Shown here in pieces: positions 54,195 to 64,000 of a stretch of DNA of 64,000 bases; positions within the stretch are counted from its first letter, which is position 1, and every line of letters starts with the position of its first letter. The DNA lies in the NCBI GenBank assembly GCA_964016885.1, contig OZ024740.1, forward strand, positions 159,650,001 to 159,714,000. The letters run 5' to 3'. The notes under the pieces were generated by a model, which saw nothing but the letters and a program-made list of their open reading frames with translations, was not told the DNA's origin and searched no databases. The stretch comes from Eledone cirrhosa. Lineage: Eukaryota. A program made the translations under genes and the position numbers.

Positions 54195-57100
54195 TCAGCA
54201 TGTACCCATGGGAGGTCGGGTACCCTGTATTACTGCGTGACGCCAGAAGTCACGGTCGTGTGTCATTGACTTTGAGAGGTGTAGTTGGGTAAGGTCGGCT
54301 TTTATCACCTCATCCCAAGTCATCTTGGGTCTCCCCACTCCGCGGTTTCCATCAACTTCTAGTGCTCTGCACCTTTTTATGCAGCTGTCATCCTTCATAC
54401 GCATCACATGTCCATACCAGCGTAACCGCCTCTCCTGCACGCAGCATTTGATTCCTCTTATGCTCAGTCTCTCTCTCAATTCATTTATGCTTTGTCGTTC
54501 ACGTATATTACTGTTACACATCCATCGGAGCATGCAGGCTTCGTTTCTCTCTAATCTACGTAAGTCTTCCACCTTCAGCGCCCAGGTCTCACTACCATGC
54601 AACATCGCTGTTCGGATACACGCATCATACAGTCTGCCTTTCATTCTGAGGGAGAAGCCTTTTGCAGCTAGCAGTGGTAGTAGTTCCCTAAACTTCTTCC
54701 ATCCCGTTCTTACCCTAGTTATTGTACTTTCTGAGCACCCACCTCCGTTGCTAATTCGGTCACCTAGGTAGCAGAAGCTGTCTACTGTTTCTACAGGGCC
54801 CTCCCAGAGATTGGTGGTACTTGTTTCCTGTGGCTGTTTGCTTGCTGTTTCAGCACAGCTGCTGCATGTGAATCCTACATTCTTAATTAAGCTTCCTGAG
54901 ATCCCGCTACATCTCTTGTGTACCCATTGTTTGCATTTGGGGCAAAGAATGGAGTTCCTACCTACACCTTTCCTACATACTGAGCAAGGCCATTTCCCTG
55001 AGGGGATCTGGGTTCTGTTTTCTCGTCTACTTATAAGGACCTTAGTCTTTGTCATGTTGACTTTGAGGCCCTTTCTCTCTAGTCCCTGCTTCCAGGTTTG
55101 GAATTTATTCTCTAGTTCTACCATAGATTCAGCTATGAGTGCGAGGTCATCAGCATACAGGAGTTCCCATGGGCATCCGGTCTTAAACTCCTCCGTTATT
55201 GCCTGCAGGACTATGATGAACAGGAGAGGGCTAAGAACAGAGCCCTGGTGGACCCCAACCTGTACGCTAAATTCCTCGCTATACTCATTGCTAATCCTAA
55301 CTTTGCTGACTGCTCCCCTATACATGGCTTGTACCGCTTTCACAAGCCATTCATCTACTCCTAGTTTTCTAAGAGCCCACCAGATTACTGCACGTGGAAC
55401 TCTGTCAAAGGCTTTCTCAAGGTCGACAAATGCCAAGTAGAGTGGCTTACTTTTAGCTAGGTACTTTTCCTGTAATTGCCTCACAAGGAAGAGCGCATCA
55501 GTGGTGCCTTTCCCTGGAACAAACCCAAATTGCATCTCGTCTATATTCACCCGGTCCCTAATCAGCTGTGCTATAACTCTTTCTGTTACTTTCATGACCT
55601 GGTCCATCAACTTTATACCTCTATAGTTTCCTCTATCTAGTGCATCGCCTTTACCTTTGTAGCAGTTGACAATGATGCTACTGCACCAATCTTTTGGTAT
55701 GGCCCCCTCTAGTATTACCTGGTTAACGATACGTGTGGTTATAGTGTGACCTACAGACCCAGATGCCTTCAGCATCTCGGCAGCTATACCCGATGGACCG
55801 GTTGCCTTCCCTATCTTCATATCTCTGATTGCCTTACTTACTACGCTGCCGCTGACTTGTACTGCTGGTCCCTCTATAGGGTCTACGTGGGGTAGGGTCT
55901 CTTCTTCCCATGCATTCTCCTCATTTAGTAATCTATCATAATGACTCTTCCATGCATCTTTCTTCTCAGCACTTGTGAGGGCAAGCTCACCTTTATCATT
56001 CCGGATACACTTCTCTCCAATGACATCACAACTATCTCTGACACACTGCCTCGCAATCTTGAATACCTCCTGTTTCTGGTCCTCACGTTGTAAAACATGC
56101 TTGAATTTTCTATCCTCTGCTTCCCTCCTAGCTAAGTATACTTGTCGCCTAGCTTCCCTCTTGGTCTCTATGTAATGTACCCTGCTCCCCCCGTTCTTCC
56201 ATTCTTTCCATGCCTGTCTCTTGGCCTTGACTGCTTCATCTACCTTATTGTTCCACCACCAAGTCACTCTCCTCCTGCTTGAGGTCTTACTCCAGCCATA
56301 AACCTCATCCGTCGCCTCTAGTAAGTTATTTTTTAGGAACTCCCAGTTCTCTTCTACGTTAAATGTCTCTATCTGTTCTTCTTTACTGTCGTAGGCGTTG
56401 AGTAAAATATCTTTAAATCTGTTACTGGTTGAGGGGACTTTCAGCTTCCAGATCTTTCTTCTCCAGGTTGGCCTCTGTTTCAGGGCTCGTCTAGTTCTGA
56501 CCGTGAGGTCGCTGACAACTAAGCTATGTTGGGATGTACATTCCTCACTAGGGAAGGCTTTTGTGTTTACGACCGTCCATCTGTCACGTACTCTGATGAG
56601 GATAAAATCTAACTGACTAGAGTGCTCCCCTGATCTATAGGTGATCAGGTGGTTGTCGGGTTTTTTAAAGTTTGTGTTACATATCGACATGTCATTGGCG
56701 TCGCAGAATTCTAGAAGTCTGAATCCTTCCTCATTCCTTGTACCAACTCCATGGCCTCCATGTACTCTATTGAAGCCGTCGCAGTGTTTACCTACGTGTC
56801 CGTTAAAATCTCCTGCAATGATTAGGAAGTCCTTGTCGTCTGTTAGAGCAGTAGTGTGTATTAGGGACTCGTAAAACCTATCCTTAAGTTCGTCTGGCAG
56901 CCCCGATTGGGGTGCGTAAGCTGATATTATTGTGGTAATTGTCTTATTCAGGACTAGTCTGAGTTTAATGATTCTTGCATTTACCCTGTACACTGAGATT
57001 ACTTTATCTACCCACTTGTCAGCTAATAGTATACCTACACCACCCATCCCATCGTCATTTCCCACCCCGAAAAATTTGTAGCACTGGCTTTTTCCTGCAA

Positions 57101-57314
57101 GGACTCTAGCAGACCCTCCTCTCCATCTAGTCTCTTGCACACAGCATACATCAACTTCCTTTCGCTCTAGCATTTCTACGATTTCTCCTGCTCTTCCTTT
57201 CATTGAGCCTACATTGATGGTACCAACTCGGAGTTTTGGGCATTTGTCGACACTCGTAGGGGAGGGTCTCTGGGTTGGCGCTTCACGTGGGTGCTTGGTA
57301 GCTCGCAGATTCAT
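54195..57314 (-). CDS. RTE LINE polyprotein: APE endonuclease, reverse transcriptase, PHD-type zinc finger
   Basis: 1039-aa uninterrupted ORF. APE motifs NVGS, VQETRW, SAYAPQ, GDFNGH, QLDFIL, SQH. RT motifs NYRGIKL, QFGF, FVDLEKAFDRV, GVHQGSVLSP, YADD, YLG. Confidence 0.97.
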   Translation of the reverse strand: MNLRATKHPREAPTQRPSPTSVDKCPKLRVGTINVGSMKGRAGEIVEMLERKEVDVCCVQETRWRGGSARVLAGKSQCYKFFGVGNDDGMGGVGILLADKWVDKVISVYRVNARIIKLRLVLNKTITTIISAYAPQSGLPDELKDRFYESLIHTTALTDDKDFLIIAGDFNGHVGKHCDGFNRVHGGHGVGTRNEEGFRLLEFCDANDMSICNTNFKKPDNHLITYRSGEHSSQLDFILIRVRDRWTVVNTKAFPSEECTSQHSLVVSDLTVRTRRALKQRPTWRRKIWKLKVPSTSNRFKDILLNAYDSKEEQIETFNVEENWEFLKNNLLEATDEVYGWSKTSSRRRVTWWWNNKVDEAVKAKRQAWKEWKNGGSRVHYIETKREARRQVYLARREAEDRKFKHVLQREDQKQEVFKIARQCVRDSCDVIGEKCIRNDKGELALTSAEKKDAWKSHYDRLLNEENAWEEETLPHVDPIEGPAVQVSGSVVSKAIRDMKIGKATGPSGIAAEMLKASGSVGHTITTRIVNQVILEGAIPKDWCSSIIVNCYKGKGDALDRGNYRGIKLMDQVMKVTERVIAQLIRDRVNIDEMQFGFVPGKGTTDALFLVRQLQEKYLAKSKPLYLAFVDLEKAFDRVPRAVIWWALRKLGVDEWLVKAVQAMYRGAVSKVRISNEYSEEFSVQVGVHQGSVLSPLLFIIVLQAITEEFKTGCPWELLYADDLALIAESMVELENKFQTWKQGLERKGLKVNMTKTKVLISRRENRTQIPSGKWPCSVCRKGVGRNSILCPKCKQWVHKRCSGISGSLIKNVGFTCSSCAETASKQPQETSTTNLWEGPVETVDSFCYLGDRISNGGGCSESTITRVRTGWKKFRELLPLLAAKGFSLRMKGRLYDACIRTAMLHGSETWALKVEDLRRLERNEACMLRWMCNSNIRERQSINELRERLSIRGIKCCVQERRLRWYGHVMRMKDDSCIKRCRALEVDGNRGVGRPKMTWDEVIKADLTQLHLSKSMTHDRDFWRHAVIQGTRPPMGTC

Positions 57315-57556
57315 ATTTCATCTATTGATTCAGAGTTGCTCGTGTATTCCCAGCTCATCCATCCATAACGGTGGGAAAATTGAGGGCTAGAAGGACAGTG
57401 GTGGTGGGGTAATGGCAGGGTGTGTTGGGATGCGCCAGAGGAGGAGAGAGTTAGTTAGGCAGGTAGTAGCAGCAGCAGCAGTGGAAATGGCATGCTAGGT
57501 TTGATTGGTCGAATAGACTATGGTGGTGTGTGGGGGTGGGGGGAGGGAAATTGTGA

Positions 57557-59759
57557 GGTAGGAACTGAGGGTCGCATGGTAAATATCCAAGTTAATACTA
57601 CATCAGTAAAATTAACAATAATAACGTCATGAAAAAAGCTACTAAGAGAAACCCTCGAAAATTTATCGCTAATACAGCAGGGAAAATTTAACGCTAATAC
57701 AGCAGGGAACATCATAATATTAACGACATGAAAAAAGCTACTAAGAGAAACCCTCGAAAATTTATCGCTAATACAGCAGGGAACATCATAATATTAACGA
57801 CAATATGTAGGCTAAAATACCTTCGTAGATTAGGTGGATGGCTGGCTGGGAAAATTTGAATCAGCTCTAGTGGTACATTTTAGCAGAGAAGAATGGGAAA
57901 GTGTCTTATCTCTTCAATATTTTCAGATTGAATGAATTAGGTTAAAGACAGGGTAGTAAGCCTTAAAGAAGTGCATAGAGAGGGGGGGGTAGGAACTGAG
58001 GGTCGCATGGTAAATAACTGAGAGAGATACAATAGGATTAGAATACCGCATGGTAAATATCCAAGTTAATAAGTTAATACTACATCAGTAAAATTAACAA
58101 TAATAACGTCATGAAAAAAGCTACTAAGAGAAACCCTCGAAAATTTATCGCTAATACAGCAGGGAAAATTTAACGCTAATACAGCAGGGAACATCATAAT
58201 ATTAACGACATGAAAAAAGCTACTAAGAGAAACCCTCGAAAATTTATCGCTAATACAGCAGGGAACATCATAATATTAACGACAATATGTAGGCTAAAAT
58301 ACCTTCGTAGATTAGGTGGATGGCTGGCTGGGAAAATTTGAATCAGCTCTAGTGGTACATTTTAGCAGAGAAGAATGGGAAAGTGTCTTATCTCTTCAAT
58401 ATTTTCAGATTGAATGAATTAGGTTAAAGACAGGGTAGTAAGCCTTAAAGAAGTGCATAGAGAGGGGGGGGTAGGAACTGAGGGTCGCATGGTAAATAAC
58501 TGAGAGAGATACAATAGGATTAGAATACCGCATGGTAAATATCCAAGTTAATAAGTTAACACTACATCAGTAAAATTAACAATAATAACGTCATGAAAAA
58601 AGCTACTAAGAGAAACCCTCGAAAATTTATCGCTAATACAGCAGGGAAAATTTAACGCTAATACAGCAGGGAACATCATAATATTAACGACATGAAAAAA
58701 AGCTACTAAGAGAAACCCTCGAAAATTTATCGCTAATACAGCAGGGAACATCATAATATTAACGACAATATGTAGGCTAAAATACCTTCGTAGATTAGGT
58801 GGATGGCTGGCTGGGAAAATTTGAATCAGCTCTAGTGGTACATTTTAGCAGAGAAGAATGGGAAAGTGTCTTATCTCTTCAATATTTTCAGATTGAATGA
58901 ATTAGGTTAAAGACAGGGTAGTAAGCCTTAAAGAAGTGCATAGAGAGGGGGGGTAGGAACTGAGGGTCGCATGGTAAATAACTGAGAGAGATACAATAGG
59001 ATTAGAATACCGCATGGTAAATATCCAAGTTAATAAGTTAATACTACATCAGTAAAATTAACAATAATAACGTCATGAAAAAAGCTACTAAGAGAAACCC
59101 TCGAAAATTTATCGCTAATACAGCAGGGAAAATTTAACGCTAATACAGCAGGGAACATCATAATATTAACGACATGAAAAAAGCTACTAAGAGAAACCCT
59201 CGAAAATTTATCGCTAATACAGCAGGGAACATCATAATATTAACGACAATATGTAGGCTAAAATACCTTCGTAGATTAGGTGGATGGCTGGCTGGGAAAA
59301 TTTGAATCAGCTCTAGTGGTACATTTTAGCAGAGAAGAATGGGAAAGTGTCTTATCTCTTCAATATTTTCAGATTGAATGAATTAGGTTAAAGACAGGGT
59401 AGTAAGCCTTAAAGAAGTGCATAGAGAGGGGGGGGGGGTAGGAACTGAGGGTCGCATGGTAAATAACTGAGAGAGATACAATAGGATTAGAATACCGCAT
59501 GGTAAATATCCAAGTTAATAAGTTAATACTACATCAGTAAAATTAACAATAATAACGTCATGAAAAAAGCTACTAAGAGAAACCCTCGAAAATTTATCGC
59601 TAATACAGCAGGGAACATCATAATATTAACGACAATATGTAGGCTAAAATACCTTCGTAGATTAGGTGGATGGCTGGCTGGGAAAATTTGAATCAGCTCT
59701 AGTGGTACATTTTAGCAGAGAAGAATGGGAAAGTGTCTTATCTCTTCAATATTTTCAGA

Positions 59760-59760
<1 letters not shown>
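57557..59760. repeat. Tandem array of ~482-bp monomers (about 4.7 copies)
   Basis: GTAGGAACTGAGGGTCGCATGG recurs at 57558, 57989, 58471, 58953 and 59438. Confidence 0.97.
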
Positions 59761-59847
<87 letters not shown>

Positions 59848-59971
59848 AATAATAGTGTCCGAATAGTCCTCACATTCAAGGACTGAACAAAGGAGAGGCA
59901 CAAAAACAAAGACAAGAATCCCCAGTCACTGAAGAGGTCACAGAAAGAACTTTGACAATATATAAACAACC

Positions 59972-60190
59972 ATCTGAAAACGTGTGTTGAAACCGATATT
60001 GTTATAATTTGGGAGGGTCATGTTGCCAATAAGAAACACACGCACCAGTTGCTTTCACTTCACTTTATTATAATAAATTTATAAATTCCTAAATTTATAA
60101 ATTTATTATAATAAATTGAAGTGTGTTTCTTATTGGCAACATGACCCTCCCAAAGTATAACAATATCGGTTTCAACACACGTTTTCAGAT
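59972..60190. repeat. Near-perfect ~220-bp fold-back
   Basis: 59972-60041 is the reverse complement of 60121-60190; an inner AT-rich palindrome spans 60059-60120. Confidence 0.9.
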
Positions 60191-60357
60191 AAAGAATCTT
60201 GCTAAACAAATCCAGAAACGAAATATATATATATGTATCTGTATATATATATATATATATATGTATACATATATATGTATATATGTATATATATATATCT
60301 GTATATATATGTATATATATATATGTATATATATATATGTGTATTTTACATCATACA

Positions 60358-60680
60358 TCATTTTTACGTCCACTTTTCCCTGCTTGCAAGAGTGGGACAT
60401 GACTGATTCTGGCTTGATTTCTACAGCTGGATGCCCTTCCTAACACCAACCTCATTTACAGTGAGTACCGGGTGCTTTTTTTCCATGGCACCTCCACGAC
60501 ACCTTTGCAGTGGAGTGATATGGACCCCAGTCCCTATCATCTCATTTCTACAGCTGTGTAAACTGGAGCAATGTGAAATAAAGTGTCTTGCTCAAGGAAA
60601 CAACACATCACCCTGTCTGAGAATTGAACTCACAACCTTTCGATTGCAAGGCCAATGCTCTAACCACTAAGCCATGTGCC
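60358..60680 (-). mobile_element. tRNA/Meta-like SINE with RTE-derived tail
   Basis: Reverse complement of 53170-53483. Confidence 0.88.
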
Positions 60681-60699
60681 TACATATATATATATGAAT

Positions 60700-60702
60700 T
60701 TG

Positions 60703-60737
<35 letters not shown>

Positions 60738-60944
60738 GTATATATATGTATGTATGTGTATATATATATATGTATGTGTATATATATATGTATGTGTATA
60801 TATATATATATATGTATGTGTATATATATATGTATGTGTATATATATATATGTATGTGTATATATATATGTATGTGTATATATATATATATATGTGTATA
60901 TGTATGTGTATATATATATATAAATATATATATATATGTGTGTG

Positions 60945-60991
<47 letters not shown>

Positions 60992-61244
60992 GTGTGTGTG
61001 TGTATATATATGTGTGTGTGTGTATATATATATATGTGTGTGTGTGTGTATATATATATATGTGTGTGTGTGTGTCTATATATATATATGTGTGTGTGTA
61101 TATATATATATGTGTGTGTGTGTGTATATATATGTGTGTGTGTGTGTATATATATATGTGTGTGTGTGTGTATATATATATATGTGTGTGTGTGTCTATA
61201 TATATATATGTGTGTGTGTATATATATATATGTGTGTGTGTGTG

Positions 61245-61285
<41 letters not shown>

Positions 61286-61324
61286 GTATTTGTGCGTGTA
61301 TATATATATATATATATGTGTGTG

Positions 61325-61399
<75 letters not shown>

Positions 61400-61418
61400 A
61401 TGTGTGTGTGTATATATA

Positions 61419-61453
<35 letters not shown>

Positions 61454-61518
61454 GTGTGTGTTTGTGTGTATATATCTATATATGTGTGTGTCTGTGTGTG
61501 TGTGTATATATATATATA

Positions 61519-61549
<31 letters not shown>

Positions 61550-61590
61550 GTGTGTGTCTGTGTATATATATATATATGTGTGTGTGTGTG

Positions 61591-61639
<49 letters not shown>

Positions 61640-61698
61640 GTGTGTGTGTCTGTGTATATATATATATATGTGTGTGTGTGTATATATATATATATATA
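60700..61698. repeat. Compound (TA)n(TG)m microsatellite, ~1 kb (similar arrays at 14940-15315, 40340-40770, 42236-42744, 53484-53893)
   Basis: Directly visible; source of the many Y/I/C/V/H/T-rich spurious ORFs. Confidence 0.97.
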
Positions 61699-61780
61699 AG
61701 GCAAACAGAAATAACAACACAATCGGTACAGTATATGGAAGGGATATATTAGGTAAACGCTTGATATAGCAGGAAAAGGG

Positions 61781-61816
61781 TCTTAACGTTGCGGACACTA
61801 GTCCTTCATCAGAAGA
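61781..61816 (-). ncRNA. Penelope-type minimal hammerhead motif with one core mutation (GAAA to GCAA)
   Basis: TCTT-CTGATGA-A GGAC TAGT GTCC-GCAAC-GTT-AAGA; more decayed relatives near 12305-12340 and 13428-13470. Confidence 0.7.
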
Positions 61817-61994
61817 AGGAATGAGAAATAAGATAGATTGAGGGGATGGGCGGGTTGAAATTGGAGAAAATGTCTTTAGATAAAAATAACAGGTCCATTT
61901 ATGTTGACATTTCTTCCAAAACTGTTGGTGCTGGCGTTTTGTGTATGATTTATTTTTGAGAAAAGTGGATGATGGAGCGCGTCTACCTGAATAA

Positions 61995-62377
61995 TCATCA
62001 CCGTTTTACGTCCGTTCTTCCAAGCTAGCATGGGTTAGACGTGTTGTCCTGCTGTAGGCGGTGTCCGGTTGGCTGCCCTTGTCTTACTCATACAGGAACT
62101 GATTCTGGCTTGATTTCTACAGCTGGATGCTCTTCCTAACACCAACCTCATGTACAGTGAGTGCAGGGTGCTTTTTTTTCTGTGGTGCCTACACGTCCAC
62201 TTTTACAGTGTGGGCTGGGTGCTTTTTTTCCATGGCACCTCCACGACCACTTTGCAGTGGAATGATAGGGACCCCAGTCCTATCATCTCATTTCTACAGC
62301 TGAGTAAACTGGAGCAATGTGAAATAAAGTGTCTTGCTCAAGGAAACAACACATCACCCGTCCGAGAATTGAACTCA
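61995..62377 (-). mobile_element. SINE variant carrying the complete subfamily-A RTE 3' end
   Basis: 61995-62250 matches 53905-54155; 62250-62377 matches the SINE body of 53170-53340. Confidence 0.85.
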
Positions 62378-62939
62378 CTAATGGAAAAAAAAAACGTTTT
62401 GTAAAAAGAGCTATACTTGTGCACGTGCGTTAGCAGGTGTATGTGTTTATATATGTATATATACACACACTCACACATATACATAAGCATACATACACAG
62501 AGACGTTTCCATGCGAGTGAGACATGGTTTTCAGACCATTCTCGCATCAAATGGAACAAAAACCGTCTAACCCATGCTTGCGTGGAAGATGGACGTTAAA
62601 CAATGATGATGAGGATATATATGTATTATGTGGCTAGGCTTACCTGCTGCAATTTTCAATTTGTCTAGCTGTCTAACGTGTGTAATTACTCTAAGGTGAC
62701 ACAATTTTATTGAGTGCTTTGCTGCACATTCCTAAATGTATATCGTTAGCTTGGCCACAGCCAAAGCTTCGATTTTACTAAACTTCCACTTGTATATATA
62801 TATATTTTTATGTATATGTGTAGTATATATATATGTGTTTATATGTATATATATATATGTTTGTGTGTGTATATATATATATATATATATGTGTGTTTAT
62901 AAAAAAATATGTATATATATATATGTGTGTGTTTGTATA

Positions 62940-62970
<31 letters not shown>

Positions 62971-64000
62971 ATGTGTGTGTGTGTGTATGTGTGCGTGTAT
63001 GTATATGTGTGTATGTGTGTGTGTGTGTATATATGTGTGTGTGTATGTATATATATATGTTTATTTACATTTACATATTTGTATATATATATATATATAT
63101 ATATTTACATGCATATAAAACGTATAAATATATAACTATTGCTGTCATTCACAAGCATTTATACCATCTCTATCCTGCTCCCTTGATGGAGTGGAATATC
63201 CAGGAAGGGACAGCTAAAGGTTTGCATTAGTCTTAGGATGGTACTTTTAAATGACAGGTAAAAAGACGACAACAAGATTTGAACACTGAGTGCAGAAACC
63301 CATGATAAATATCATAACACATTCTATGTAGTGCTCTACCACTTCATTTTCTAAGAAGTAAAGAAACTTTGAAGTCACTGGCACTTATATAGACACATAC
63401 ATATAAATATATCTATCTATCTATCTCTTTCTATATATATATATACGAGTATATATATATATACATATAATATATTACAATTTTCTCTATATCTAAAAAC
63501 GTTGATTTCTAGGATTGATTTTTTTTTCTTTGAAAACAAATTCTATATATATAAACAAATAAAAACATGAATAGCCATAAATAATAGAAATAGAATCCCA
63601 CAAAAAACTGTTTTAATGCTGAAATATTTCAATCATTTAGCTAAAAGGTCAACGCTCAACCGTAAAGTGTAAAGGGGTTATTTCAATATAGTAGGGAGTC
63701 ACAACAAATCATAACACTCTCTCTCTCTCTCTCTCTTTAGTATTGAGAACAAATTCAAAATTCTAAAAATTAATCAACCGTACAAATTAGAAAATTAACG
63801 AAGACATTTCATTAAAATCATAATAATTATTTGTTTCAATGTCAGTTGTTCTTTGATAATTGTTTCTTTCATCTGACCATATCAGGGGAAAATTTTACTC
63901 CAACAATGGCCTTTTTTATTATTATTTTTTTTTTGTCTTGGTGGTGCTGCTGGTGGAGCTTTTAATAAAATTATCATTTATATGTACTGAAATAAAATAG

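Noticed and set aside
54325-56874. Plus-strand ORFs antisense to the LINE
   Set aside because: Shadow frames of the RT ORF with no independent motifs.
57557-59760. CRISPR-like array, or a ribozyme inside the monomers
   Set aside because: No unique spacers and a eukaryotic context. The only hammerhead-like word (CTGATGT) lacks the core, and I could not draw an HDV-like fold by eye.
59752-59981. Shared ATCTGAAAA between the LINE 5' end and the adjacent fold-back terminus
   Set aside because: Only 9 bp in AT-rich DNA; likely coincidental.
60667-61798. Long ORFs up to 358 aa rich in Y/I/C/V/H/T (also at 14766-15358, 40315-40919, 42234-43121, 53394-54013)
   Set aside because: Stop-free translation of dinucleotide microsatellites in all frames.

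Overview
AT-rich, microsatellite-dense animal genomic DNA. The repeat repertoire (RTE LINEs with (TGA)n tails, tRNA-derived Nin- and Meta-domain SINEs, (TA)n/(TG)n arrays) looks like an octopus or other coleoid cephalopod genome; this is an inference. No host-gene exon could be supported, and almost all ORFs in the track are microsatellite read-throughs. The one intact gene is a 1039-aa RTE-clade LINE ORF (54195-57314, minus strand) encoding an APE endonuclease and a reverse transcriptase with a C4HC3 PHD-type finger inserted inside the RT. Its 5' region carries about 4.7 near-identical ~482-bp monomers. The window also holds decayed RTE copies from several subfamilies, an R4/Dong-type RLE LINE remnant, an internally deleted LTR element with a tRNA-Trp PBS, non-autonomous Helitrons, TTAA (piggyBac-type) MITEs and many SINEs. 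The most unusual signals are: (i) at least five unrelated minimal type I hammerhead ribozyme motifs, several inside fold-back elements; (ii) the PHD-in-RT LINE with a tandem-monomer 5' end inserted in (TA)n; (iii) a conserved 3' stem-loop plus (TGA)n tail shared by three RTE subfamilies, a chimeric SINE and many ultra-short insertions.
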